The translations under genes were made by a program, and so were the position numbers. A DNA stretch of 64,000 nucleotides from Mobula hypostoma (Eukaryota): assembly GCF_963921235.1 (NCBI RefSeq), contig NC_086097.1:73906001-73970000 (forward strand), written 5' to 3'. Positions 49,689 through 61,409 of this stretch are shown here, piece by piece (within the stretch, counting starts at the first letter, position 1; each line of letters opens with the position of its first letter). Below the pieces are notes generated by a model. The model was not told the origin of the DNA. It did no database searches and saw only the letters and a program-made list of their open reading frames with translations.

Positions 49689-49849
49689 CAAACAACAGGA
49701 ATTCTGCAGATGCTGGAAATTCAAGCAACATACATCAAAGTTGCTGGTGAACGCAGCAGGCCTGACGAAGGGTCTCGGCCTGAAACGTCGACTGTACCTC
49801 TTCCTATAGATGCTGCTTGGCCTGCTGCGTTCACCAGCAACTTTGATGT
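49689..49849. mobile_element. Penelope pseudo-LTR-derived fold-back insertion (35-bp arms, 17-bp TSD)
   Basis: atgtaaccattaaattg at 49672-88 and 49850-66. Arms 49728-62 and 49819-53. Confidence 0.92.
49762..49795 (+). ncRNA. Minimal type I hammerhead ribozyme core of Penelope-like origin (5' strand of stem I lost)
   Basis: CTGACGA (49762-68), stem II agggtctcggcct, GAAA (49782-85), then cgTC with the putative cleavage site after 49789. Confidence 0.65.
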
Positions 49850-50904
49850 ATGTAACCATTAAATTGACTTTTTTTACATCTGTTTTTCATCCCGAATGTG
49901 TTTCTGGAACTGCCAGAGCCTGCAATTTCCAGTTTGGAGACTGAATGAACAATCCAGTGCGCTGCTGACTCCAAGATAATTCCAGGAAGCAGCGAGCGCG
50001 AACCTTGAGGTGAAGAAGTTAGAAGACAGGACGCAAGCTGATGTTCGACTCAATTTCACTGATTAAAACTACCATAATTTGCCAATTAAAGGAAGATTGA
50101 AACATTGAGGCGAATGCAGAGGGTGAGCACCAATGGCCATCTGATCACTGCTGAGAGCATCTGCTGCCAAACAGCAAGTGTATGTGGCTTATTGCTGTGC
50201 CCGAAGTTCCTCTCCTTTGATAACGCTGGTGAATGTTACCGAGGTTTCTGTGAATCGTTTTTGGACTATGGACTTTTTTCATACTTATGGTTTTTATATT
50301 CTGTGTTTTCGCTGTCCTTTCTCATTGTTTTTTGTACGGGGAGGGGGTTTGGGGGTCGACGTTTTTGTTGCGTTTCGTTCGGAAAGAGGGAAGTTGGCGG
50401 GGGTGGTTGATGGTCCTCTTGGTGGGTTTGCTGTTTCTCTCTGAACTGACTTCCATGGTGCTTCTTTGTTTCATGGCTATCTGGAGAAGAAGAACCTCAG
50501 AGTACGATGCTGCATACATACTTTGATAATAAATTAACCTTTGATCTTTTGATCACAATATCAGTGACAGCTCTGTAATGGCACATGAAGGCTAACCACC
50601 TTCATCTATGCTTTTCGGATACCTTACTGAAAGATAGGTAACCAACAATAGTGGCGAACTTGGCAAGATTCTTTGGGCAGATGTTGGAGAAGCATCAATC
50701 ACGATACTGGAGATGAACAAGTAATAAGCATGATTTCTTGTAATGCTTATATGATACATGGTAGCGAAGTGACATCAAATGAAATAAAACTTCATACATT
50801 TTACATACTATGCCTTTATTACAGCTTTTGAGAGCTAAGTATTTTAGTATTTAATAATTAGTTGCAGTATTAACAGAATAAACCCCCACATTTTGGGGTG
50901 GGGG

Positions 50905-53560
50905 GGGGTTTAAGATGATAGCATGTATGATCGCAGCAGCCTCTCCTACTCCGACTGTGCAGTTCGGGCCTAAGATAACGTGCTGTGGCCTACTGCAGCT
51001 ACTCAGGGATGCGCGAGGACGCAGAAGCACGGTAAGCCCGCTGGTATTTGAGCGAGACTTAAAGCCGAATTCTGACAATTCTACTTGCTAACATTCGATT
51101 GCTAGAAAATAAACTCGATTACTTGCGTCTGTGTCTGAACCAGCGCGAGATAAGGGACTGTTGCACACTCCCACTGACAGAAACATGGCTCCAGGACACA
51201 ACTCCAGTTTCGAACATCCAGCTAAAGGCCTTATTTCCTTTCGGGTGGACAGAAATGCTGAGACCTCTGGTAAGATCTGCAGAGAAATTTGTGTGTCTAT
51301 GTCAGTAAGAACTGGTGTGTGAGTGCCTTGGTAGTAATGGTCCACTGCTCACCACGGTTAGGGTTTTTAAAGGTGAAGTGCAGGTCCTTCTACCTACCAA
51401 GGGAGTTCACTGTCATTGTGATTGTTGCTGTTTACACATCCTCCCTGCAAGTACTTGGGAAGTACTGCAGGGGCTCTCTGCAGCGCCATTTGTGACCTCC
51501 AAGCTATTCACCCCTGTGGTATCTTTATTGCTGCTGGTGACTTCCACCATGCCAGATTAAAATCAGTCCTCCAAAGTTTTGCGAGCACATCTACTTCAAA
51601 ACCAGAGAAGAGAATATATTAGACCTGGTCTATACCAATGTTAGTGGAGCCCACAAGGCTATCTGCCCTCCACCTTACCATTTTGCTAACCCCTGAATAC
51701 AGGCCAGTGGTTAAATGAGTCAAACCAGCTTACAGGGGGATCAGGACCTGGCCAGAAGGTGCTACCTCAGCACTGCAGAATGGTTTTGAAAACACAGACT
51801 GCAACATATTCAGGGAGGTGGCTACTTATGGTCATCAAGTCAACATTGATGAATATGTGGGATCAGTGACTGGATACATAGGAAAGTGCATTGAGGACAT
51901 TACCATAATTAAACACTACACTGCCAAGGCAAATCAGAAACCATGGCTAACTGCAGAGGTTCTTGCACTGCTGAGGGATCAGGATGCCGCCTTCAGATCT
52001 GAGGACAAGATGATTCTATGTTCAGTAAGAGCACCGCTCTCCCAAGCCATCAGGAAGGCAAAGTGAAAGTACCCATAGAAAATTTACAGACACCTCTATG
52101 ACACCAGGGACACTTGGCACATGTGGCAAGGTTTACAAACCATAACATATTACGAGTCTACCCTGGGCGTAACAACAGCGATGCTTCCCTTCCTGAGCTG
52201 CTGGATGCCTTCTATGCATGACTTGACACAATGAATGATGTGACATCGAGGAAAACTGCTTCTCCCCCAAGGAACAGGCTCGCTGTCTGGCCATAGCCAA
52301 GAGGGGGGATCCAAACGGGATAAATCCAGGCAAGCTGCAGGGCCAGACAACATACCTGGTTAGGGACTGAGGGATTGTCCGGCCCAGCTAACAGAGGTCT
52401 TAATGGACATCTTGCAATAGTCCGCTGTCCCTGCAGACCTCAAGGCAGCAACCATCATTCTGGTGCCCAAGAGAGTGACAGTAACAGACCCAAATAATTA
52501 CTGCCCAGTGGCACAGAGCTCAACATCATGAAGTGCTTTGAGCAGTTGATAATGGATCATATAAAATCCTACCTCTACTGATCATAGCCTTGGCCCTCCA
52601 CTCTGTCTTTTCCCACCTAGAAATGATAGCTCATACACCAGAATGCTGTTCATCAACTTCAGCTCAGCGTTTAACAGGATCATCCCTCAGATGCTGGTGG
52701 GTAACATGTCCTTGTTAGGACTCAACACCCCTATCTGTAACTGGACTTGGATTTCTTGAGAGAAAGACCCCAGTCAGTCTGAATTAGTAGCAATACCTCA
52801 AGCTCCATCAGGCTAAACACTGGAGATCCCCGGAGCTGTGTGCTCAGTCTGCCGCTATTTATGCAGCTGACTCCTGACTGAAATGCCAGATCTACCTCAA
52901 ACAGCATCATCAAGTTTGCTGATGATACATGGTTGACCTTATTGGCAACGATGAGGAGTTAGCATACAGAGAGGAGGTAGAGAGAATTGTCAAACAGGAT
53001 GAGAATAACAAACTGAGATGACTGTGGACTTCAGGAAGGCGCAGGTTGACCACTCTTCATTGCACATCAATGGCTCTGCTGTGGAGAGAGTGAAAACACA
53101 AAGTTCCCTGGTGTGTACATAATGGACGATCTAACCTGGACCCACAACTTCTTCAGTAACAAGGAAGGCACAGCAGTGTTTACACTTTTTGAGGAGACCG
53201 AGGCGACTGAGGCATACAATGCTCCCTGACCCCATTCTAACAACTTTCTACAGGATGACCATCAAGAACATCCTGTCTGGTTGCATCATTGTGTGGTGTG
53301 GAAGCTGCAAGACCCTACTGAGTATAGTAAAACCTGCCAAAATGATCACTACGGTCTCCCTCACCCACTATTTGTGACACTTACTGAGAGTGTTGTACGC
53401 AAAGTGCCTAAAGCATTGTTGAGGATCGATACTACATGTCCCACAAACTCTATGACTCACTATCGCCAGGAAAGAGGTATAGGAGCATCAGAACAAGCAC
53501 TGCCAGACTGGGTAACAGCTTCTTCCTCTGGACTGTGAGACTAATGAATACCCTCATCGC
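50905..53560 (+). mobile_element. Near full-length but decayed Rex1/Babar element
   Basis: LENKLDYLRL..QREIRDCC....TETWL (APE), AGDFHHA, NQKPWLT, GKAAGPDNIPG, IIKFADDT and GKRYRSIRTSTARLGNSFF. Confidence 0.92.
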
Positions 53561-54469
53561 TAGAATAGAGAGCTGTTTACTGTCTCCCTGGCTGCGCACT
53601 TCACATGAACTTGAACATGATGAAGTGTTACAACATCTATTCATTGCAACTAAAACCAGTATTTTCATCAACATCACTTAATAACAAATGGATTTTTAAA
53701 TGTAAAGGTAAAAGTATCAACAATATTTTGAAATGAAAGGTTGCATTTAAAAGGCACACAGTCACTTTCTGGGTTCCTTTTGCATTGCCTAAATAAATAA
53801 CATGGAAGGAACCTAACCCATGAAGAAGAGGAATCTAAACAGAAAGCTAAGTAATTCTGCATCATCAGTGACTAGCTGATCACGGAACCAGTTAAATGTT
53901 TCTATTTCAATTGGCTGAATAATTTTGTTTGTATTGCATTCAGTATGAATTCAGAAGAACAGATGACAGCTTATTTTTTGCTGCACCTTCGCTTGAGCAA
54001 TTACTCTAACAATGGGCTGAATAGATTGAAGGGCTCAGCCACTCGAAATGGAGTAATTCACATTTTTAACAAGGATGGGCTGCAATGTGTAATTGACTGA
54101 CAGATTGAGGGTACTGAATCTATCACTGGACATCATAGCTGGACTCTGTATGGAATGCAAAGAGGGTGGAAAGATTGCCTCTAAGATTCCTTGCCAAGTC
54201 AGACCTGTTTTGGGATCTGGGACAGCTTCTTTAGAGTGGTCACCAAAGGATTTTTCTCTACCATGTCTTCTTCCTTTTTAAAATACATTTCTAAGTCTGT
54301 ATGTGTTTTTGTTAACTTCATCAAAACAATTTAATCCCTTTCTGAAACAATTACTTTAATTTTAACAGGTTTTAAATGTCGCTGAATGTCAGAACTGTAG
54401 ATATGCCTGCCGATTGACAGGACACAGGTCTCCAGCCACGTCAGAAAGTGGAGGGACGGAGACACAGAT

Positions 54470-54955
54470 GGTTGTCAGGGCAGTAAAAACAGGCAAAAGC
54501 AAAGTAATAGATTCAATGGGATGAATACTTTGAAGTGTATGTATCTTAATGCTCGGAATATTATAGGTAAAGGTGATGAACGCAGAGCACAGATCAGCAC
54601 ATGGAACTACAACGTTGTGGCCATTACAGGGACTTGGTTGAGAGAAGAACTGGAACGAGTGCTTAATATCCCAAGGTTTCCATGTTTTAGAAAAGATAGA
54701 TAAAGAGATGGGAGAGAGGTACTACTAATCAGGTACAATATCACAGTGGCACTCAGAGGGGACATAATGGAAGGATTGTCCACTGACTCGATATGGGTAG
54801 AACTCAAAAATAGGAAGGGTGAAATCACTCTGATCACATTGTACTACAGACTGCCCCCACACTCCCCAATATACACTAGGGCATTAAGTAACAGATATGC
54901 AGGCAGATTAAGAAAATGTGTAAAAACAATAGAGTTGCTATCATAGGGGACTTCA
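54470..54955 (+). mobile_element. CR1 APE fragment
   Basis: LKCMYLNARNIIGKGDE..YNVVAITGTWL..IWVELKNRKG..YYRLP. Confidence 0.85.
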
Positions 54956-55419
54956 AGATGGCACTGATAAGGGGCAACTTGTTGCTCGCAACTCCAACAG
55001 GACCATGATATATTCCCGTTCAGCTGAAATGCACAGTCACAGCCATGGGTATTTATGTAAGCAACTTTGTTTTAACACATTTTAAAAAATCTATCGATAC
55101 TCAAAATTGACAGATCCTGGACTGCAGACTCGGGTTGCAACTGCAGTTTTCCTTTAAGAAAAAGTAAGTGAGAAAAGTGTGCTGCAGGTAAGATTGAAAC
55201 GCAGAGGCATTAGACCCAAAATCCCAAGTATTCATCTGGTGAATGTAGAATCTCTGGAAAATAACATTTAAGACCTCAGAGCAAGATTGCTGTACTGTAG
55301 GGACACTAGGGCCTGCTAGGTATTTTGCTTCATGGAAACCTGGCTATCCTCCACCATTTTGAACGCAGTGCTGCAGCTGGATGGCTTCACCCTTCAATGT
55401 TAAGGCAGGACATCTCAGA

Positions 55420-56560
55420 TCATAAGACCTTAAGACCTAGGAGCAGAATTAGGCTATTCAGCCCATCGAGTCTGCTCTGCCATTCCATCATGGCTGATTT
55501 ATGATCCCCCTCAACACCATTCTTCTGCCTTCTCCGCATAGCCTTCGATGCCCTGAATAATCAAGAACCTATCAAACTCTGCCCTACATACACCCAAAGA
55601 CTTGGCCACCTCAGCCTTCTGTGGCAAACAATTCCACAAATTCACCACCGCAATAGAAATTCCTCCTCATCTCTGCTCTATTGGGACATGCTTCTATTCT
55701 GAGGCTATGTCCTCTGGTCCTAGACTCCCACACTAAAGGAACCATCTTCTCCACATCCACCCTGTCAGGACCTTTCAATCTTCTATTGGTTTCAATGAGA
55801 TGCCCCCGCATTCTTCTCAGCTCCAGCAAGTATGGGCCCAGAGCCATCAAGCACTCCATATATGTTAACCTTTCATTCTTCGGATTATTCTCATGAAGCT
55901 TCTCTGGATTCGCAGCAATGCCAGTACATTCTTCCTTAGATAAGGGGCCCAAAACTGCTCACAATATGCCAATTGTGGTCTGACCAATGCCTTATAAGTC
56001 CTCAGGATTACGTCGTTACTTTTGTATTCTAGTCCTCTCGAAATGAATGCTAACATTGCATTTGTCTTTCACTGCCTCAACCTGCAAGTTAACTTTTAGG
56101 GAATCCTGCACCAGGGAATATGTACTTCCCTACATTATATTCCATCTGCCACTTCTTTGCCTATTTCCCCCAATCAGTTTAAGTCTTTCTGCAGACACCC
56201 TGCTTCTTCAACACTACCTGCCCTTCCACCTATCTTCATATCATCCACACACTTAGCTACAAAGCTATCAATTCAGTCATCCAAATCATTGAACATACTG
56301 TACAATGTGAAAAGGTGCTGTCCCAATACAGACCCCTGCCAAAATCCAGTAGTCACCAGCAGCTAATCAGAAAAGTCTTCCTTTATTCCCATTCTTTGCA
56401 TCCTGCCAGTCAGCCAATCGTCTATCCATTCTAGTACACCTTCCCATAATACCATGGGCTATTAATATTATTTATTTTGTTAAGCAGCCTCACGTGTGGC
56501 ACTTTGTCAAAGGCCTTCTGAAAATCCATATGAACAACATCCACTGAACCTCCCTTGTCT
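55420..56560 (-). mobile_element. CR1 3' fragment
   Basis: MLAFISRGLEYKS..YKALVRPQL.YCEQFWAPYLRK and RTRGHSLRI. (taagacc)n-like tail near 55425. Confidence 0.9.
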
Positions 56561-57775
56561 CTATTAGAAGTTAAAAGATGAAATATGAAGGTAAACTAGC
56601 TCATAACACAAAAGAGAGGTTGAAAAGTATTTTTCAGATATACAAGGAGTAAAAGAGAGGCGAGAGAAAGTATCAAACTGCTAGAAAATTACGCTGGAGA
56701 AGTAGTAATGCAGGACAAAGAAATGGCAGAGGAACCCAAGAAGTATTTTGTGTTAATCTTCGAGCTAGAAGTGTGAGTGTGTAAGGGGGTAGAAGAATGA
56801 GAGGGGAGCTTATAGAAACATACAAAATTTTGAAAGCGATAGATAAGATAGAGGCAGGAAAGTTGTTTTCATTGGTAGGCGAGACTAGAACTAGGGGACA
56901 TTGCCTCAAGATTTAGGGGAGATGATTTAGGACGGAGATGAGGATAAACTGTTTTTCCCAGAGAGTGGTGAATCTGTGGAATTCTCTGCCCAGGGAAGCA
57001 GTTGAAGTTTCTTCACTAAATATATTTAAGATACAGTTAGATAGGTTTTTACATAGCAGGGGAATTAAGGGTTATGGGGAAAAGGCAGAGATAGATGGAG
57101 CTGAGTTTATGGACAGATCAACCATGATCTTATTGAATGGTGGGGCAGGCTCAATGGGCCGGATGGCTTACTCCTGCTCCTATTTCTTATGTTCTTATGT
57201 CATTGCTATTACTAAGGACGAGGTCCTTAGGGAGCTGAAAAGCCTGAAGGTAGATAAGTCAGCTGGACCAGATGGAATTCACCTGAGGGTTCTGAAAGAG
57301 GTGGCTAAGGAGATTGTGGAGGCATTAATAATGATTTCTGAAGAATCACTAGATGCTAGAATGGTTCTTGAAAACTAGAAAAGGGGGAGGTGCGCCAGGG
57401 GAGGTGATAGGAAAGTGAAGAGAAGAGAAAGAGGTGAGGGCAGAGTGGGAAATTGAAAAAGAAGAATTTCACAACATATACTCTAATTCATAGATAATAA
57501 TTCTGTTTCTGCAGAGTTAGTTCACATCGGTCCCGGACTGACTTGGTATAAATTTCTGTCATTCCTGCACCATGCCCAGTAAATGGAGGGAGGAAGAAGA
57601 AAGGAAATTATTGGCCAGTTAGCCTGACTTCAGTAGTTGGGAGGATGCTGGAATCTATTATTAAGGATGAGGTACATGATAAAATAGGCCAAAGTTACCA
57701 TGGTTTCTCAAAGGGAAATTTTGCTTGACAAATCAATTGGAATTCTTTTGAGGAGATTAAAAAACAGGATATACA
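56560..57775 (+). mobile_element. Cluster of plus-strand CR1 fragments, including a 3' end piece at about 56785-57200
   Basis: CFSQRVVNLWNSLPREAV, followed after a CR1 tail by LKVDKSAGPDGIHLRVLKEVA. Confidence 0.8.
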
Positions 57776-58095
57776 AGAACACTTTTTGTGCCATCTCACA
57801 CCCACACTTCGGATGAACCCAGTGATTAGTGGTCTGCTGAAGGCTGTATCTGTGGCATTCAAGACGGGTGATCCAGAACAACATAAGATGTACAGGTACA
57901 GCCACAGAAGGCTACCTTAAGAGTGAAAAAACAATTGCAATTGACACTAGAGACAAAATCAGATGCACATCAACTCTGGCAGTGCTTGTAGGCCATTACT
58001 TCCTACAAAGCAAAACTTATCATCATGAATGGCAGGAAATACTTCACTCCCAAACGAGCTCAGTGCCTTTTAGGCATGCTTTGAAAGGGAGAATA

Positions 58096-60455
58096 TGTTA
58101 TTTCTTTAGATGCCGAGAAAGCTTTTGATAGAGTAGAATGGCCTTATTTATTTAAGGTGCTTGAAATGTTTAATTTTAGCTTGAAATTTATATCCTGGAT
58201 TAAACTGTTATATTACTCCCCTGTAGCCTCGGTTCGTACTAACTCCTTAAACTCACCTTTTTTTCCTCTCTTTCGTGGTACTCGACAAGGCTGTCCTCTT
58301 AGTCCCCTATTATTTGATATTGCATTAGAACCTCTTGCAATTGCTATTCGAGAATCTTTAAATATTACTGGGATAACTCGGGGATTAAAGTCCCATAAAT
58401 TATCACTCTATGCTGATGATTTACTTTTATATATTTCTAATCCTGAGAGATCCATTCCTGCTGTTTTAGAGTTATTAGCACAATTTGGTCTTTTCTCAGG
58501 TTATAAATTAAATCTTAGTAAGAGTGAACTTTTTCCGATTAATAAACATCTTCCCTTATATTATAAATTTCCATTTAAATTGATTAATAATTACTTTTCA
58601 TATCTTGGGATTAAAATTACTTGTAAACATAAAGATTTATTTAAGACTAACTTTTTACCATTAATAGACCATATTACTCAACTTTCATCTAAATGGTTTC
58701 CCTTATATTTAACTTTGATTGGTCGTATTAATGCAGTTAAGATGTTTTTTTTGCCAAAATTTTTATATGTGTTTCAGGCATTACCAATTTTCGTTCCTAA
58801 ATCTTTTTTTGATAAAGTTGACTCTAAAATTTCTTCATTTATTTGGCAGAACAAGAATCCGAGACTGGGTAAAATACATTTACAGAAAGCTAAGAGAGAT
58901 GGAGGTTTAGCATTACCTAACTTTAGATTTTATTATTGGGCTATTAATATTCGACATATGAAATTTTGGTTACTTGACCGGGACATACTATTTATTCCTA
59001 AATGGGTAGCATTGGAATTACAATCTGTTCAGGGTTATACACTTGGTTCTATTTTAGGTTCCTCTCTTCCTTTTGATTCGAAACGTCTTAAGCAGGTCTC
59101 TAACCCGATAGTTAAATATGCTTTGCGCATTTGGTTTCAATTCAGAAAATTTTTTGATCTTAATCAATTCGGGTTAGCGATTCCTATTTTAGGTAACATA
59201 TTTTTTCCTCCCTCTTTTACGGATCGCGCTTTTCAAACTTGGAAGACTAAGGGTATTTTACGGTTTTTGGATTTATTTTTAGATGGTTCCCTTATGTCTT
59301 TTGAACAATTATCTAATAAATATAACTTATCAAGAATACATTTTTTTAGATATTTACAAGTTAGAAATTTCCTAAGTACTATACTTACTTCCTTTCCAAT
59401 GCTTCCTCCTATATATATTTTAGATTCGATAATTAACCTTAATCCATGTCAGAAAGGTGCATCGGCTATGATTTATAATATTATTATGAAACTTAGGAAA
59501 GCTCCATTTGATAAGATTAGGGTAGATTGGGAACAGGAATTGGGGCTTACCATTTCTGTGGATGATTGGGGGCAGATTTTACAATTAGTTAATACTTCCT
59601 CTATTTGTGCTAAACATTCCCTAATTCAATTTAAAGTGGTTCATAGAGCACATATGTCCAAAGATAAGTTAGCGCGTTTTTACTCGCATATTAATCCTTT
59701 CTGTGATAGATGTTCGGGGCAGATAGCCTCTTTAACTCATATGTTTTGGTCTTGCCCTACTTTGGAAACTTTTTGGAGAGATATTTTCAATATTATTTCT
59801 AAGGTATTAAATATAGATATCTCTCCTCACCCTATTACTGCTATCTTTGGACTACCTAAAATTTCTAGTAATCTTTCCCCTTCAGCCCGTAGAATGATTG
59901 CATTTCTTACTTTAATGGCGAAAAGATGTATTTTACAACATTGGAAAGAGCTTAATGCTCCAACTACCTTTTTTTGGTTTTCTCAGACGATTTTATGTTT
60001 GAATCTGGAGAAAATTAGAAGTAACCTTTATGATTCTTCATTTAAATTTGAACAGATTTGGGGACCTTTTATTCGATATTTTCATTTAATGTAATATTTA
60101 CCCTTCTTGTTTTCTCTTCACTGTTTTAATGGAGGTCGGGATTGAGGACGTGATTTTAAGTTTAACTCTGTTTGGTTTCAAGTTAGCCCATTGCTTTGCT
60201 TTGCTTTTAGTTAGTTGCACGGTGGGTTTTTTTTTTTTTTGGGGTTTTTTTTTCTTTTTTTCCATTGATATATATAAAATCTAGTATACTATTATGTTAT
60301 CTTGGTTTCTTATGCTTAAATTACATTGTTTGTAGTATTTTCTTTTTGGTATTGTTATCTTTTGGAATTTTATTATACTTTAACATTGTATTAATGTTTA
60401 TATGGCTTACCTTTTTTGTATACTTACTCAATAAAAAGATTTAAAAAGAAAGAAA
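58096..60455 (+). mobile_element. Young 5'-truncated L1-clade LINE with an uninterrupted partial ORF2
   Basis: Perfect 13-bp TSD gaaagggagaata (58083-95 and 60456-68). T-rich 3' UTR, AATAAA and an (aaag)n tail. Confidence 0.95.
58097..60094 (+). CDS. L1 ORF2 C-terminal part (partial RT plus CCHC zinc knuckle), no native start
   Basis: The frame is open from the 5' junction: VISLDAEKAFDRVEW, GTRQGCPLSPLLF, LYADD, YLGI, GGLALPN and CDRC...THMFWSCP. Confidence 0.9.
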   Translation, partial: VISLDAEKAFDRVEWPYLFKVLEMFNFSLKFISWIKLLYYSPVASVRTNSLNSPFFPLFRGTRQGCPLSPLLFDIALEPLAIAIRESLNITGITRGLKSHKLSLYADDLLLYISNPERSIPAVLELLAQFGLFSGYKLNLSKSELFPINKHLPLYYKFPFKLINNYFSYLGIKITCKHKDLFKTNFLPLIDHITQLSSKWFPLYLTLIGRINAVKMFFLPKFLYVFQALPIFVPKSFFDKVDSKISSFIWQNKNPRLGKIHLQKAKRDGGLALPNFRFYYWAINIRHMKFWLLDRDILFIPKWVALELQSVQGYTLGSILGSSLPFDSKRLKQVSNPIVKYALRIWFQFRKFFDLNQFGLAIPILGNIFFPPSFTDRAFQTWKTKGILRFLDLFLDGSLMSFEQLSNKYNLSRIHFFRYLQVRNFLSTILTSFPMLPPIYILDSIINLNPCQKGASAMIYNIIMKLRKAPFDKIRVDWEQELGLTISVDDWGQILQLVNTSSICAKHSLIQFKVVHRAHMSKDKLARFYSHINPFCDRCSGQIASLTHMFWSCPTLETFWRDIFNIISKVLNIDISPHPITAIFGLPKISSNLSPSARRMIAFLTLMAKRCILQHWKELNAPTTFFWFSQTILCLNLEKIRSNLYDSSFKFEQIWGPFIRYFHLM

Positions 60456-61409
60456 GAAAGGGAGAATAGAACTACATCTATCTAAATTCCTGCACATCTG
60501 GTGACGTGTGATTTCTGTCTCGGACACCTACGTCAGAACTTCTTTCAAGAGGGTGAACCCTCGCAAGCCATCAGACTCTGATATTATACCTGGTAGGGCT
60601 CTGAAAACCTGTGCCAACCAACTGGCAGGAGTGGAGTTCAAGGAAATCTTCAATTTCTCATTGCTGGAATCAGAGTTTCCCAACTGCTTCAAAAGGGCAA
60701 CAATCATACCAGTGCCTAAGAAGAGCCTCAATGACTGTTGGCCAGTCACACTTACATTTACTGTGATAAAGTGCTTTGAGGGATTGGCCATAGCTGGAAT
60801 CAACACCTGTCTAAGCAAGGACCTGGACCCTCTGCAGCCTGCCGACTGCCACAATAGGTCTACAGCAGTTGCAATCTCTCTGGCTCTCCACTCGACCTTG
60901 GATCACATAGGCAATAGTAATATTTAAGTCAGGTTGCAGTTTATTGATGACAGCTCAACGTTCAAAGCAATCATACCATCAGTCCTAATCAAAATGGTCC
61001 AAAACCTGGGCTTCTATACCTCCCTTTGCAACTGGATCCTTGACTTCTTCACTGGGAGACCACAGTCTGTACAGATCGGAAATAACATCTCCTCACTGAC
61101 AATCAATACTGCTGCATTCTAGTTTTTATATAGAATTTCAGAATTGAGGTTGAAAGTAAAATTTCAGGAACAGCTTCTTTCCCTTTGACATCAGATTTCT
61201 GAATGGATAATGAACCCATGGACACTTCCTCAGTATTATTTTTCCCTTTTTGTATTACCTATTTAATTTATTTTTTATGTATACTTATTATAAATTATAG
61301 TTTTGATTACTATGTATTGCAATATACTGCTGCCACAAAACAACAAATTTCATGGCATATTCTGGTGATATTAAACCTGATTCTGATTTTGAATTCCCTG
61401 ATATAAATG

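Larger units (their letters stand above)
49619..50552 (+). mobile_element. Non-autonomous retroposon with Rex1-like 5' (caagatggcg) and 3' ends, interrupted by a Penelope fold-back insertion
   Basis: The 3' end aacctcagagt..tactttgataataaattaacctttga resembles the Rex1 tail at 11590-11650. No coding capacity. Confidence 0.6.
54955..61120 (+). mobile_element. Fragmented Rex1/Babar element, host to CR1 pieces and a young L1
   Basis: 5' caagatggc start and a VESLENN..DLRARLLY..ETWL piece (54955-55415), a middle piece (57775-58095), and RVNPRKPSDSDIIPGRALKTCANQLAG..NRSTAVAISLALH (60469-61120). Joining the pieces into one copy is inferred. Confidence 0.65.
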
